A stretch of DNA of 64,000 bases, from positions 704,001 through 768,000 of the forward strand of contig CAVYRF010000002.1 in NCBI GenBank assembly GCA_963770895.1, read 5' to 3'. Below, in pieces: positions 1 through 12,792 of this stretch (position 1 is the first letter of the stretch; each line of letters starts with the position of its first letter). The position numbers were made by a program, and so were the translations under genes. This stretch comes from an uncultured Acidobacteriota bacterium. Lineage in GTDB: Bacteria; Acidobacteriota; Thermoanaerobaculia; Multivoradales; UBA5704. The notes under the pieces are model-generated. The model searched no databases. It was not told the origin of the DNA and was given only the letters and a program-made list of their open reading frames with translations.

Positions 1-795
1 GCGAACAACGTCGCCGGAGCCCCTGCCCGCAGCGTCTTCCTGCAGCGCGCCCTGTCCGGCCGCAGGGTCGGCGGCCTCTGCTACGCGACCGAAAAGACCA
101 TCACCTCCGCCACCGGCTACGTCACCATCGACGCGGCCAATTCCTGCTCGGCGCTCAACCCGTCCAGCCCCGGCTACTTCGCGAGCGGCGGCACCGGCGT
201 GGCGAGCGATGACAACGTCCTGCTCGGCGACTACTACTACTCCAACCCCAGCGCCAACTTCGCGCAGGGCGACGCGGCGGTCCACATCGCCGCCGACGCC
301 ACCGTCTTCGCCGGCAACCAGTACACCTTCTACGCCCGCTACGTGGCCGGCACCGGCACCGACAACCGGCAGCCGCTGGGAGCCGTGTACGGCGTGCACT
401 ACCTGACCACCGGCGAGTTCGACGGCACGCAGCTCACGGTGTGGCGCGACACCAAGAGCGGCGACCCCAGGCCGGTGGCCTGCGGCTCGCTGCCAGCGTG
501 GGCGCCGCTGTCCACGGCGCAATCGGTGGTATGGGACGAACAGGAGAAGAACTCCGCCGTCGGCCCCGGCACCAACATCTCGCCGCTCGCGACGCAGCTG
601 ATCAGCGTCGGCTCGGCGGCCCTGCCGCTGGCGCCGCAGGCCGGCTGGCTGGCGCTCGACCTGTCCCACTCCGCGACCTCGCTGTTCGGCGACCAGGCAC
701 AAGGGTGGGTCACCGTCCTGCACAGCTCCACCTCCACCACCGCCACCTGGAGCCAGCGCGCCTGGCACCTCGACAACGCCTGCATCCCACATTGA
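1..795 (+). CDS. Hypothetical, probably secreted protein (5'-partial)
   Basis: Frame 1 is open from base 1 to TGA 793-795 with GC3-rich codons; Cys/Gly/Thr-rich (CYATEK, TGYVTID, GDYYY, GWLALDL). Confidence 0.75.
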   Translation, partial: ANNVAGAPARSVFLQRALSGRRVGGLCYATEKTITSATGYVTIDAANSCSALNPSSPGYFASGGTGVASDDNVLLGDYYYSNPSANFAQGDAAVHIAADATVFAGNQYTFYARYVAGTGTDNRQPLGAVYGVHYLTTGEFDGTQLTVWRDTKSGDPRPVACGSLPAWAPLSTAQSVVWDEQEKNSAVGPGTNISPLATQLISVGSAALPLAPQAGWLALDLSHSATSLFGDQAQGWVTVLHSSTSTTATWSQRAWHLDNACIPH

Positions 796-828
796 TCCGT
801 TTCTTCTGAAGGCCTAGCATCCTCCCCC

Positions 829-863
829 CGCCCCGCCCGGCATGCCGGTCGGGGCGCTTTTTT
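829..863 (+). terminator. Rho-independent terminator
   Basis: GC hairpin cgccccgcccgg-cat-gccggtcggggcg followed by a T6 run, 35 nt after the stop. Confidence 0.75.
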
Positions 864-1079
864 GTCTGGGGGCTCGCGAACTGTGGCAGGGATCTTGCTG
901 TTATTGGGGAGCGCGGACCGAGCGATCAACATCAGGGCACGAACTTCTCCGGTCCGCCCTTTGACTCAAGGTACCAGACCGCGGCGCGACGACGCGCGGC
1001 GGGGGTTGGAGGGCGGTGGGCCGCCACCGGGCGTCCCGTCCCTCCCTGGTGTGCACGATTTTCTAAAGGAGATCCGCCA

Positions 1080-1229
1080 ATGCTTTGGACGATCATCGTC
1101 ATCCTGCTGGTGCTGTGGCTGCTGGGCTTCGTCATCGTGCCGATCGGTGGCGGCCTGATCCACATCCTGCTGGTCATCGCCCTGATCCTGGTCGTCGTCA
1201 GGCTCCTGCAAGGGCGTCGGGTTCTATAG
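1080..1229 (+). CDS. Small membrane protein, lmo0937/DUF5670-like (49 aa)
   Basis: Not in the ORF track. AAAGGAG RBS, ATG 1080; MLWTIIVILLVLWLLGFVIVPIGGGLIHILLVIALILVVVRLLQGRRVL. Confidence 0.85.
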   Translation: MLWTIIVILLVLWLLGFVIVPIGGGLIHILLVIALILVVVRLLQGRRVL

Positions 1230-1305
1230 GCAGCGCACGTACCGCTGTCCTCTACCCTGCAGTCCGTTTCTGGCGCCGGCCGGTTCTCACCGGCCGGCTG
1301 ATTTT

Positions 1306-2589
1306 TTATTGCGGCGCAGAGATCTGGCGCGCATAGATGGTGTTGGTGTGCGCCGAGATCCAGACCGCGACGGCGCCGTTGGGGCCGCTCGCGAGCGCCG
1401 GCGCATCCTGATTGCCGGCGTCGGTCACGTCCAGCGGGAAGTCCCCACCGTACGGGGCGCCGTCGGCCGCAAGCAGGTGGCCGAAGACCCCGCCCCAAGG
1501 GTTGTTCACGCCCTCCGCCAGCCAGATCGTGAGATAGCCGCCGGCCGGCAGCCATGCGACTTGCGGCTCGGTCAGCTTGCCTTGCGGCAGGGCCCGGCGA
1601 TTGACCTGGATCACCGCGTCCCCCGCGGCCGTCCCGTCGGCGGCAAACAGCCGCCCCAGGATGCCCTGTGGCGGCGGCGCCGGCAGCCGCGAGCTGGGCG
1701 ACGATCGCGCCAGGTCCCAGGCGATGAAGAAACGACCATCCGCCGCCATCGCCAGCGAGGAATCGAAGGTATTGGGGATGCAGCAGGTGCCGTCAGGATA
1801 CACATCGTCCACCGGCAGCACGGCGCCGTCCGCCGACACCCGCACCGCGTACGCCGATACGCCGTCGCCGACGTAGGTCACCGCCGCCGCCAGCGACCCG
1901 TCCGGCGCCTGCGCGATCGCGTCGGGGTACGGCCCCGACGAATCGGTGGGCGATCCCGAGGCCAGGGTCAGCTCGCCCGACAGCGGCCGCAGCCGCGATG
2001 AAAAAATGCGCGCCACGGCGTTGAAGTAGTACGGGCCGGCATCGGGATTCCCCACGTCGGCCGTCCAGGCGACGACGACGTCGCCGCCGGGACCGCTGCC
2101 GACGATCCCCGCGTAGCGGTTGCCGGCGCTGGGCCCGCTCGCCACCTGCGGCCCGGTCAGCGGCGTGCCGTTGCGATGAAACATCTGCACGTCCACCTGT
2201 TCGACCGGCAGCCCGGTGTGGGGAGCCTTCCCCTCCGCGTCCCATACCACCGCGAAGCGATCGTTGCCGTCCGCGGCCACGCCGTCCAGCGCCAGCAGAT
2301 TCGCCGGCCGCGCCAGCAAAAACTCCCCGCTCACCGGCTGACCGTTTGCCCCAAACAGCCGTGCATGCATCACGATCGGCCCCGTCGACGCCCCGCCGGC
2401 CGCCGCCTCCCACACCACCACAAAGCCGCCGTCCGCAAACACTCCCACCCTGGGCGCACCCTGCGAATCCACCCTGCTGACGCTGACCCGGATCTCCGGA
2501 CCCAGCACCGGCGCCGCCGCCGCCGGCGCCACAGGCGCCAGCGCAACGCCCACCATCACCGCCGCAAACATCCAATCACGCATCCGCAT
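1306..2589 (-). CDS. Secreted beta-repeat protein
   Basis: GGAGGTG RBS before ATG 2589; signal peptide; repeated V(A)xxxxGxF(V)VxW...ARxF units. Confidence 0.75.
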   Translation of the reverse strand: MRMRDWMFAAVMVGVALAPVAPAAAAPVLGPEIRVSVSRVDSQGAPRVGVFADGGFVVVWEAAAGGASTGPIVMHARLFGANGQPVSGEFLLARPANLLALDGVAADGNDRFAVVWDAEGKAPHTGLPVEQVDVQMFHRNGTPLTGPQVASGPSAGNRYAGIVGSGPGGDVVVAWTADVGNPDAGPYYFNAVARIFSSRLRPLSGELTLASGSPTDSSGPYPDAIAQAPDGSLAAAVTYVGDGVSAYAVRVSADGAVLPVDDVYPDGTCCIPNTFDSSLAMAADGRFFIAWDLARSSPSSRLPAPPPQGILGRLFAADGTAAGDAVIQVNRRALPQGKLTEPQVAWLPAGGYLTIWLAEGVNNPWGGVFGHLLAADGAPYGGDFPLDVTDAGNQDAPALASGPNGAVAVWISAHTNTIYARQISAPQ

Positions 2590-2744
2590 ACCCGCACCTC
2601 CAACGTTCAACCCCATGATACCTAGCCTATCTTACCATTGGCAACACCACCGCCTTGGCAAAACCGCCAATCTCGCAAGCAAAACCTGCGCCGCACGCAC
2701 CACGCGGCGCCACCTGCCCCCACCTGGTCGAGTACACTTGCAGC

Positions 2745-3179
2745 ATGGCCGCGGCGCTGGATCCCGAAGCAATCGCGCGGATCGCGCCCTTTCTTTCAGC
2801 CCGGCCGGAGCTGAACGTCGCGTCCCTCTACCTGTTCGGCAGCCAGGGCGAGGGCAGGGCCCACCGCGAGAGCGACGTGGACCTGGGCGTGCTGGCATCC
2901 TGGAGCGCGTATCCGTCGCGGCGCGATCGTTTCGAGCTGCGGGTGCGCCTCGGCTCCGAGCTGATCGCCGTGCTCCATCGCAACCAGGTGGACGTGGTGA
3001 TCCTCAACGATGCGCCGCCGCTGTTCGGGCGCCACATCATCACCCATGGCCGCCGCATCTTCCTGGGCGACCCTGCCGCGGATCACGCCTACGTCCGCGA
3101 CGTCCAGCTGCGCGCCGCCGACCTGGAACCCTTTCTGCGCCGCATGCGAGCCATCCAACTGGAAGCCCTGGCCCGATGA
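2745..3179 (+). CDS. mntA: MNT nucleotidyltransferase antitoxin (MntA-like)
   Basis: YLFGSQGEGRAHRESDVD (GSx10DxD motif); VDVVILNDAP; ATGA overlap with the HEPN gene. Confidence 0.85.
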   Translation: MAAALDPEAIARIAPFLSARPELNVASLYLFGSQGEGRAHRESDVDLGVLASWSAYPSRRDRFELRVRLGSELIAVLHRNQVDVVILNDAPPLFGRHIITHGRRIFLGDPAADHAYVRDVQLRAADLEPFLRRMRAIQLEALAR

Positions 3180-3589
3180 GCCCCGTCGTCGAGCGGCTTG
3201 CCGAGCTGCGCCGCCATCTCGATCACCTGCAGCAGCTGCGGCCCCAGGTGACCGGCGCCGAGGTCCTCAGCCGTGACCTGTCGCTGCACAACGACGTGCT
3301 GTTTTCCTTGCTCACCGTCTGCCAGCTGGTGATCGATCTGGCCGGCGAGCTGAGCGCGCGGCGGGGCGTGCGCTTCGCCGACTACACCGAGGCGGTCCGC
3401 AACCTGGCGTCGTTCCCTGAGTTCCCTGCCGCGCTCGTGCGGAGCCTTGAACGGCTGCCCGGCTTCCGCAACGTGCTGATTCGCGAATACGTCAGCCTGG
3501 ACCTCGGCCGCGCGGTCGAGGCGCTCGATCAGCTGGCGGCAATCGAAGCGTTCGCGGACACCCTGCGCCGCATCGAAGCGGAATCGTAA
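3176..3589 (+). CDS. hepT: HEPN/DUF86 toxin (HepT-like), catalytic His replaced by Arg
   Basis: DUF86-like sequence with GFRNVLIREY in place of Rx4HxY; coupled to MNT. Confidence 0.8.
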   Translation: MSPVVERLAELRRHLDHLQQLRPQVTGAEVLSRDLSLHNDVLFSLLTVCQLVIDLAGELSARRGVRFADYTEAVRNLASFPEFPAALVRSLERLPGFRNVLIREYVSLDLGRAVEALDQLAAIEAFADTLRRIEAES

Positions 3590-3601
3590 AACCCCGATTC
3601 G

Positions 3602-6562
<2,961 letters not shown>

Positions 6563-6568
6563 GACGCG

Positions 6569-7150
6569 CTAACCCAGCTCGGCGAGCAGGAAGGCGCGCG
6601 CCTTGCGCCAGTCGCGCTTGAGCGTGCGGTCGCTGACTTTGAGAACGGGCGCGATCTCTTCCAGGGGGAGGCCGCCGAAGAAACGCAGCTCCACCAGCTG
6701 GGCGAGGCGCGGGCTTTCGCGCTCCAGCCGTTCGAGAGCAGCGTCGAGCGCCATGACGGTCGGTCCCATGTGCTGGTCCGCCGCGGCCGGTTCGAAGCCT
6801 TCGGGCCACGACACCCGCAGCGCGGCCCCACGCTTGGCAGCGGCGCGCCGGCGGGCGAAGTCGATCACCACGTGGCGCATGACGCGTGCGGCCAGATTGA
6901 AAAAATGGGCCTGGTCTTCGGCCGCCAGCCCTTCGGGCTCCACCAGCCGCACATAGGCTTCGTGCACCAGGGCAGTCGTTTCCAGCGTCCCGTCGCGGCG
7001 CCGCCCCCGCCCCAGCTGCGCATGCGCCAGACGCTTCAGATCCTGGTACAGCACCGCAAACAGCTGGTCGGCGGCGCCGCGCTCGCCGGCGCGCGCGGCG
7101 CGCATGAGCGTGGTCAGATCCTGAACAGGAGTCGGTCGCTCATCGAGCAT
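6569..7150 (-). CDS. ECF sigma factor, kinase-associated (ECF43-like)
   Basis: TTALVHEAY, VELRFFGGL and RDWRKARAFL motifs; directly upstream of the kinase. Confidence 0.9.
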   Translation of the reverse strand: MLDERPTPVQDLTTLMRAARAGERGAADQLFAVLYQDLKRLAHAQLGRGRRRDGTLETTALVHEAYVRLVEPEGLAAEDQAHFFNLAARVMRHVVIDFARRRAAAKRGAALRVSWPEGFEPAAADQHMGPTVMALDAALERLERESPRLAQLVELRFFGGLPLEEIAPVLKVSDRTLKRDWRKARAFLLAELG

Positions 7151-7266
7151 GAAGTAGCTTCAGATCCTCCGGTCCAGGCGCCACGTCAACCGTTCATTCT
7201 ACAATAGCCGCCTGCCCGGCCAACAGTTGCCGGACCCCCTGCCAACGCCACCGGGAGCCCTTACCG

Positions 7267-7836
7267 ATGTCGCCATCTCAGCTGCACGTCCGCACGGCGG
7301 AGCGCACCGACCTGCCGCGACTGACCGAGATCTACAATCACTATATTATCCACACTCCGATCACTTTCGACGTCGAGCCGTACACGACCGAGCGGCGCGC
7401 CGCGTGGTTCGATCAATTCGCAAGCACCGGCAGGCACCGGCTGCTGGTGGCGGAGACCGGCGGCAGGGTCGTGGGATACGCCGGCACCACCCGCTTCCGC
7501 CCCAAGGCCGCCTACGAAACGACCGTCGAAACCACCATTTATTGCTGCCACGAAACCGTCGGCCAGGGCGTCGGCGCCGTCCTCTACCAGGCGCTGTTCG
7601 AAGCCATCGCCGACCAGGACGTGCACCGCATCGTCGCCGGCTACACCCTGCCCAACCCCGCCTCGGCGGCCCTCCACCAGCGCTTCGGCTTTCAACGCAT
7701 CGGCATCTTCAGCAGCGTGGGCCGCAAGTTCGGCCGCTTCTGGGACGTGGCGTGGAACGAGCGGCCGGTGCATCCGCCGGCGCCGGCAGAGCAGATGGGG
7801 ATCGCGGACGGTGGCGAACCGGGATCGACAGGTTGA
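7267..7836 (+). CDS. GNAT N-acetyltransferase (phosphinothricin/MnaT-like)
   Basis: IYNHYI..T.ITFD, AYETTVE, GQGVG, NPASAALH, GRKFGRFWD. Confidence 0.9.
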   Translation: MSPSQLHVRTAERTDLPRLTEIYNHYIIHTPITFDVEPYTTERRAAWFDQFASTGRHRLLVAETGGRVVGYAGTTRFRPKAAYETTVETTIYCCHETVGQGVGAVLYQALFEAIADQDVHRIVAGYTLPNPASAALHQRFGFQRIGIFSSVGRKFGRFWDVAWNERPVHPPAPAEQMGIADGGEPGSTG

Positions 7837-7842
7837 CCGGAT

Positions 7843-7941
7843 TGGCGGAAGCGCATGGGAATCGAACCCACCTCCCGGGCCGCGACGGACCGGGACAACG
7901 GTTTTGAAGACCGCAAGAGGCACCAGCCTCCTAGCGCTTCC
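7843..7941 (-). tRNA. selC: tRNA-Sec (anticodon UCA)
   Basis: 8-bp acceptor stem GGAAGCGC/GCGCTTCC, CTTCAAA anticodon loop, long variable arm, GGTTCGATTCC T-arm, GCCA end; 99 nt. Confidence 0.95.
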
Positions 7942-8175
7942 GTAGGTGCCGCCGCGCGGCGCCTCCCAGCACCGCGGCGACGCGCCGCCGCTTGACGATA
8001 CCATGCCGGACCTGCGCTCCCGGCGCGTGATCGGCCGCCGCGCCCAGACCCGTCCGGCGCGCCCGCGCGCTATCCGCCCGGACGGGTCCGGCGGGCGGGC
8101 GCGCGCGGCGAGCGCGCAGCGGCGGAGCGAGCGGTGGCCTGACCGCTCCGCGCCCCTCCCCGCTGGTCAGCGGGG

Positions 8176-10620
8176 TCAGCGGCGGGGAGGGGTCGGGCTC
8201 GGGGCGGCGCCGGCGGCGGGCGGCGCCGCGGGGTGCTGGGGCGGCGCCGCGGAAGACGGCGAGGACGACCCGGACGACGGGTGGCTGCGATGGGCCTCGG
8301 ATTCGCGGCGGGCGAGGTCGCGCAGGACCTTGGCCTGCTGTTCGATCTCGCGCTCCATCGAGCGCAGCTCTTCGCGCTGCCGGTCCAACTTGTCGGTCAG
8401 CTCGCGGTTGCGGCGCTCCAGCTTTTGCAAGGCTTCCAGCTGGGCAGGATTGGGGCGCATCGCATCGGTCAGCCGCTTGACGTCGGCGATGACCTTTTGG
8501 CGCTCCACGGCGTCCAGGGCGGGGGGCGGCAGCTTTGCCATCACCTCGTCGACCAGGCGCCGGGTCTCCCGCCGGATGTGCTCCGCTTCGGCAGGGGAGA
8601 GCGCGGGGTGCTCCTTGAGATCGCGGCGGACCTCTTCGGCGAGCCGCCTGGCCTGCTCTTCGGTGATCTTGGGGGCGTCGGCCACCAGCTTGCGGATGTC
8701 CGCCTCCAGCCGGCGCAGATCCGCGGCGCTGGGGAGGGATTGCGCCACGGTTCCGTCAAGGTCATAGCGCAGCGGCGGCATGTCGGCGACCTGCTGCGTG
8801 GCGGCCTGCGACGCGGCGATCTCGCGGCCCAGGCGGTCGAGGTTCAGGTGCATCTGCAGGTCGATCTGCTGCGACAGCTTGTCGAGCGCCGCGCCCATCT
8901 GCGCCAGGTCCTGCGACGACAGGCCACCGCCGCCAGCGTGAGCGAAGCGGGCGGCCGCGGCCGCCATCCGCGCCGCTTCGCGCTCCATCCGCGCGGTAGC
9001 GTCCGCGCCCGCGGCGGCCCGTGCTTCGGCACCCGCCCCTGCCGCCACGGCCGCAGCGTCGCCGGACCTGTCATCGTCGGCGTCCGCACCGGCCGGCTCG
9101 GCGATCGCGGGCTCAGCGTCCGCGGCTTCGGCCGGCGAGGCAGCAGCGGCTGGCGCGACCGCGGAGCTGGCGCCTGCCGCGGCCGCGGGGCCGGCCGCCG
9201 CCACGGTTGCGGCAGGAGCGGCGGCAGCGACAGGAGCGGTGACGTGGGAGCACGCGGCGGCGCCCGAGGCAACGGCGGGGGCGGGAGCCGCGCTCACCGA
9301 AAAACCGGGAGCGGCCAGGGCCACGCCAAGCAGCACGGCGCCGGCAAGGACGGCCAGGCGGCGCGTCCAGGCACCCTCCACCGCGGCGGGAAGAGACGGC
9401 GCCGGGCGATCGAGCAGGCGGCGGATGCGCCGGGCCAGGAGCGATGAGCGGCTGGCCAGGCTGGGGACCGGCAGGCGAGCGATCTGGCGCTGCGCGGACG
9501 ACGCGCCGAGCGACCAGCCGGCAACCTCGGCCAGGCAGCCGGCGAGCGACAGCGGCCGGCCGGTGCGGGAGACCGCCCATTCGTCGCACAGCAGCTCGGA
9601 GAGCTCACGCAGGCGGCGGCGCGCCATCCAGTTGAGCGGCTGGAAGAAAAAGACGCTCACCAGCAGCTGGATGCCGACCAGCCAGGCCGGATCGCGCCGC
9701 GCCAGGTGGCCCAGCTCATGCGCCAGCATCGCGTCCTGCTGCTCGTCGTTCAATTCGAACAGCGCCCGCGGCGGCACGCACACCTCGCCGGGACGGCCCG
9801 GCAACGCCACCGGCACCCGCAAGCGCCAGGTGCACGTCAGGCGCACTGCGCCCGCCAGACCGGCTTCGCCCGCCAGCCGCGCCAGGCGCTCCAGGATGCC
9901 GCCTGCCACCACCTGCGGCCGGTAGCGCAGCCTGCCGCGCAGCGACACGAACGAGCGCGCAAACCCGGCCAGCAGCAGCGCCGCGCCGGCCATCCAAAGC
10001 GCCACCATCACCGCCAGTGGGTTCGCCGAAGCCAGCACCTGACGCAGCGCCCGGACCGCCGGGCCGGCAGTCCACGCGGCCAGCGCAGCCGTTGACAGCC
10101 TGGCCGAGGGAGCCGCACCACTCGCCCGCGCCGCCGGCACGGCCGCATGCCGCATTGCAGGCTCGCTTGCACGGCGTATCGCGAGGTCGCTTTCAAATCG
10201 CGTTGCGGGCTCGGGCGCCGCTGGCCTGGCCGACTCGTACGCCAGCGCTGCCCGCGCCGTGTCCGAGGCCGCAGCAGCCGCACCAGCCTCAGCGTGCCCG
10301 GCCATCGCCAACGCCGCCGGCACAGTCGCGGCAGGCGCAGCGATAGCCGTCGCCGCCGGCGCGGTCGGCAACAGGAAGCGGCCGGCGACGGGAGCGTGGC
10401 CGAACTGGCCCAGGGCGAGCTGCAGCGAGGCAGTCAGGATGCCGCCGACCAGCGCGCAACGCCAGATGGTCTCCTGCAGGGCGAGCGCCCGGCCGCGCAG
10501 GCGGCGGGTCACCAGGGCGGCGACCGCCAGCAGCAGCGTGCTGTGCAGGGCATAGGTGAGCAGCCACGCGGCGGCTTGGGCCAGGGGCGCCGGAATGCCG
10601 GAGAGCAGGGGGTGAGGCAT
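8176..10620 (-). CDS. BlaR1/MecR1-type M56 metallopeptidase with Ala-rich and coiled-coil C-terminus
   Basis: TM helices, LAHELGH, FFFQPL and ELLCD motifs; downstream of BlaI. Confidence 0.88.
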   Translation of the reverse strand: MPHPLLSGIPAPLAQAAAWLLTYALHSTLLLAVAALVTRRLRGRALALQETIWRCALVGGILTASLQLALGQFGHAPVAGRFLLPTAPAATAIAAPAATVPAALAMAGHAEAGAAAAASDTARAALAYESARPAAPEPATRFESDLAIRRASEPAMRHAAVPAARASGAAPSARLSTAALAAWTAGPAVRALRQVLASANPLAVMVALWMAGAALLLAGFARSFVSLRGRLRYRPQVVAGGILERLARLAGEAGLAGAVRLTCTWRLRVPVALPGRPGEVCVPPRALFELNDEQQDAMLAHELGHLARRDPAWLVGIQLLVSVFFFQPLNWMARRRLRELSELLCDEWAVSRTGRPLSLAGCLAEVAGWSLGASSAQRQIARLPVPSLASRSSLLARRIRRLLDRPAPSLPAAVEGAWTRRLAVLAGAVLLGVALAAPGFSVSAAPAPAVASGAAACSHVTAPVAAAAPAATVAAAGPAAAAGASSAVAPAAAASPAEAADAEPAIAEPAGADADDDRSGDAAAVAAGAGAEARAAAGADATARMEREAARMAAAAARFAHAGGGGLSSQDLAQMGAALDKLSQQIDLQMHLNLDRLGREIAASQAATQQVADMPPLRYDLDGTVAQSLPSAADLRRLEADIRKLVADAPKITEEQARRLAEEVRRDLKEHPALSPAEAEHIRRETRRLVDEVMAKLPPPALDAVERQKVIADVKRLTDAMRPNPAQLEALQKLERRNRELTDKLDRQREELRSMEREIEQQAKVLRDLARRESEAHRSHPSSGSSSPSSAAPPQHPAAPPAAGAAPSPTPPRR

Positions 10621-10623
10621 GCG

Positions 10624-11181
10624 TCAATCCTCCTCGCGTTGCGACTGCGTGCCGGCGGGGTCCGGCCGGCCCTGGCGCTCGCGCGCCGTGATCAGGGAGC
10701 GCAGATCGGCAAGCTCGCGCGCGTCGATCGAGTGCTCGGCCAGCAGGTGGTTGACCAGCGCCGTGACGTCGCCGGCAAAGAGGTGCTGGGTCAGGTCGTC
10801 CACCATCGAGCGCCGCACCTGCCGCTCGTCCACCAGCGCGCGGTAGATGAAACGACGTCCGTCCATCCGGTGGGCGACGACTCCCTTGCGCTCCAGCTTG
10901 GCCAGCATGGTCGCCACCGTGGTCGGCGCCAGGCCGCGCTCGGCCTCCAACTCTTCGTGTACGTCGGTGACCGCCGCTTCGCCGCGCCGCCACAGCACCC
11001 GCATGATGGCCAGCTGCAGGTTGCCAAGGCGCACGCCGCCTTCAGCATCGCCCTCCTGCTCGGCGCTCGGAGGGGTGCCGCCGGTCGCGGCGTCGAGCTG
11101 GCCGCGGCCATTCTCCCCATCAGCCCCGCGAGGGGCGTGCAAAGGCGGCGGGTTGGGAAGGGTCAAGGGCTTTTCAGGCAT
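10624..11181 (-). CDS. BlaI/MecI/CopY family repressor
   Basis: LQLAIMRVLW, LAPTTVATMLAKLERKG, GRRFIY; GAGGTG RBS before ATG 11181. Confidence 0.9.
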   Translation of the reverse strand: MPEKPLTLPNPPPLHAPRGADGENGRGQLDAATGGTPPSAEQEGDAEGGVRLGNLQLAIMRVLWRRGEAAVTDVHEELEAERGLAPTTVATMLAKLERKGVVAHRMDGRRFIYRALVDERQVRRSMVDDLTQHLFAGDVTALVNHLLAEHSIDARELADLRSLITARERQGRPDPAGTQSQREED

Positions 11182-11194
11182 GGTCACCTCGTCC

Positions 11195-11233
11195 ACTACC
11201 GGGATAGTACTACCGCGGTAGTTTTGACGTCAA
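11195..11233 (-). promoter_or_regulatory. Sigma70-like promoter with tandem BlaI-type operator palindromes
   Basis: Minus strand TTGACG-18-TACTAT; boxes ACTACCGGGATAGT (11195-11208) and perfect ACTACCGCGGTAGT (11209-11222). Confidence 0.65.
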
Positions 11234-11498
11234 GCCCCGCTGTCAAGGCTCCCGCAAGCATCCTCAAGGTTCCCAAAGTCCGGGTCGTGCGCACGCGTCG
11301 GCCCCCTCCTCCCTCTGCAATACCGTGCAACCCTTGGCCAGGTTTCCAAGTCCCCTGCGAGGGGAGCCCGCAGCCGACCCGAGGTGTCGGGATCGGTGTG
11401 CCGTGGATTTGACCGCGCGAAGATGCCCTGGCTCGATTTTGTCGGGGCGCGGGCGCCCAGGGCCGCCCCGGTTGGGGCGGGCCCTGGGGGAGCGGCGG

Positions 11499-12755
11499 TC
11501 AGGCGCGCAGCAGGGGGAGGCGGTGACCGGTCCAGCCGGGGAAGAGGGTGTCGTCGTGATGGATGGCCAGGTGTTTGCCGGCCAGCTCGCAGAAGACGGC
11601 GCGAAAGTCGGTCGTCACCGGCAGGTCGCGCCCTTCGTACAGGCCATCGGGGTGGATGCCGGGGAAGGAGCCGTGCACCTTGCCGCCGTCCACCCGGTTG
11701 CCGAGCACGAACAGGCACGAGCCGTGGCCGTGGTCGGTGCCGCCGGAGCCGTTTTCGCGCGCTGTGCGGCCGAATTCCGTCATGGTGGTCATCACCACGT
11801 CGTCCTGGCGCGGGCCCAGGTCGGTCCAGAAGGCGGCGATCGCCTGCGCCAGATCCTGCGCGCGGCGGTAGAAGGTGCCGTTGGCGGTGCCCTGCGCCAC
11901 GTGGGTGTCCCAGCCGCCGGATTCGGCGAAGGCGACCTCAAGCCCCACGTCGGATTTGATCAGCAGCGCGATCTGGCGCAGGGAGTCGCCCAGCGGACTC
12001 TTGGGATAGACAGCGCCCGCGGCCGGCTGGTAGTGGGCGATGTCGGTCGCCGACAGCATGTTGATCGCCTCGAAGGTCTCGGTGCCGGTGTTGTGCAGCA
12101 GCCCCTGGGCGGTCTTTTCGTAGAGCGCCTCGAAGCCTTCGCCCGCCGCCGCCGCCACCTGGTCGGCGCCGGGGAGCTTCACCCGGAAGTCGGCCAGGTT
12201 GGTCACCGCCACCGCGGGCTCCTCGCCGTAGAGCGAGCGCGGCAGCGACGGCGTCATCGCCACCGCCCGAAACGGCGTGCGATCGTGGCCGAGCAGCCCC
12301 ACCGCCCGGTTGAGCCAGCCGGAGGGCGTGCCCTTGCGGCCGGGAGTGCCGGTCTCCATGTAGTCCTGGGCGTCGAAGTGCGAGCGCGTCGGATCGGGCG
12401 ACCCGACGGCGTGCACGATCGCCAGCCGGCGGTCGCTCCACAGCGGCAGCAGCGGCGCGAAGCCGGGATGCAGGCCGAAGCCGCCCAGGTCGGCCAGGGC
12501 GTTGTCGCCGGCGGCGCGCGCCGCGCTCATCGCCAGCCGCGGCCGCAGCTGCTTGAGCGTCGCTTCGTCGAGCGGCGTCACCGCCATGATGCCGTCCATG
12601 GCGCCGCGCTGGAAGATCGTCACCAGCACCTTGCGCCGCGCGTTGGGACCCGGCGCCGCCGCGGCCTGCGCCGCGCGATGGAGGAACGACGGTCCGGCGC
12701 CCAGGGTCACCAGGGCCATGCCGCCTGCCTTGAGAAAGATTCTGCGTGTCAGCAT
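11499..12755 (-). CDS. DUF1501 family protein (Tat signal)
   Basis: TRRIFLK; FQRGAMDG, RSHFDAQ, GGWDTH, TEFGRT, GTDHG. Confidence 0.9.
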   Translation of the reverse strand: MLTRRIFLKAGGMALVTLGAGPSFLHRAAQAAAAPGPNARRKVLVTIFQRGAMDGIMAVTPLDEATLKQLRPRLAMSAARAAGDNALADLGGFGLHPGFAPLLPLWSDRRLAIVHAVGSPDPTRSHFDAQDYMETGTPGRKGTPSGWLNRAVGLLGHDRTPFRAVAMTPSLPRSLYGEEPAVAVTNLADFRVKLPGADQVAAAAGEGFEALYEKTAQGLLHNTGTETFEAINMLSATDIAHYQPAAGAVYPKSPLGDSLRQIALLIKSDVGLEVAFAESGGWDTHVAQGTANGTFYRRAQDLAQAIAAFWTDLGPRQDDVVMTTMTEFGRTARENGSGGTDHGHGSCLFVLGNRVDGGKVHGSFPGIHPDGLYEGRDLPVTTDFRAVFCELAGKHLAIHHDDTLFPGWTGHRLPLLRA

Positions 12756-12792
12756 CGTGTGCTCCCAGGAAGCCGCGGAACGGCTCCGTGAT

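Noticed and set aside
7843-7870. Island integrated at selC
   Set aside because: No integrase and no duplicated tRNA 3' end seen
8900-9300. Ala-rich low-complexity stretch
   Set aside because: Linker within the M56 protein, not a DNA repeat
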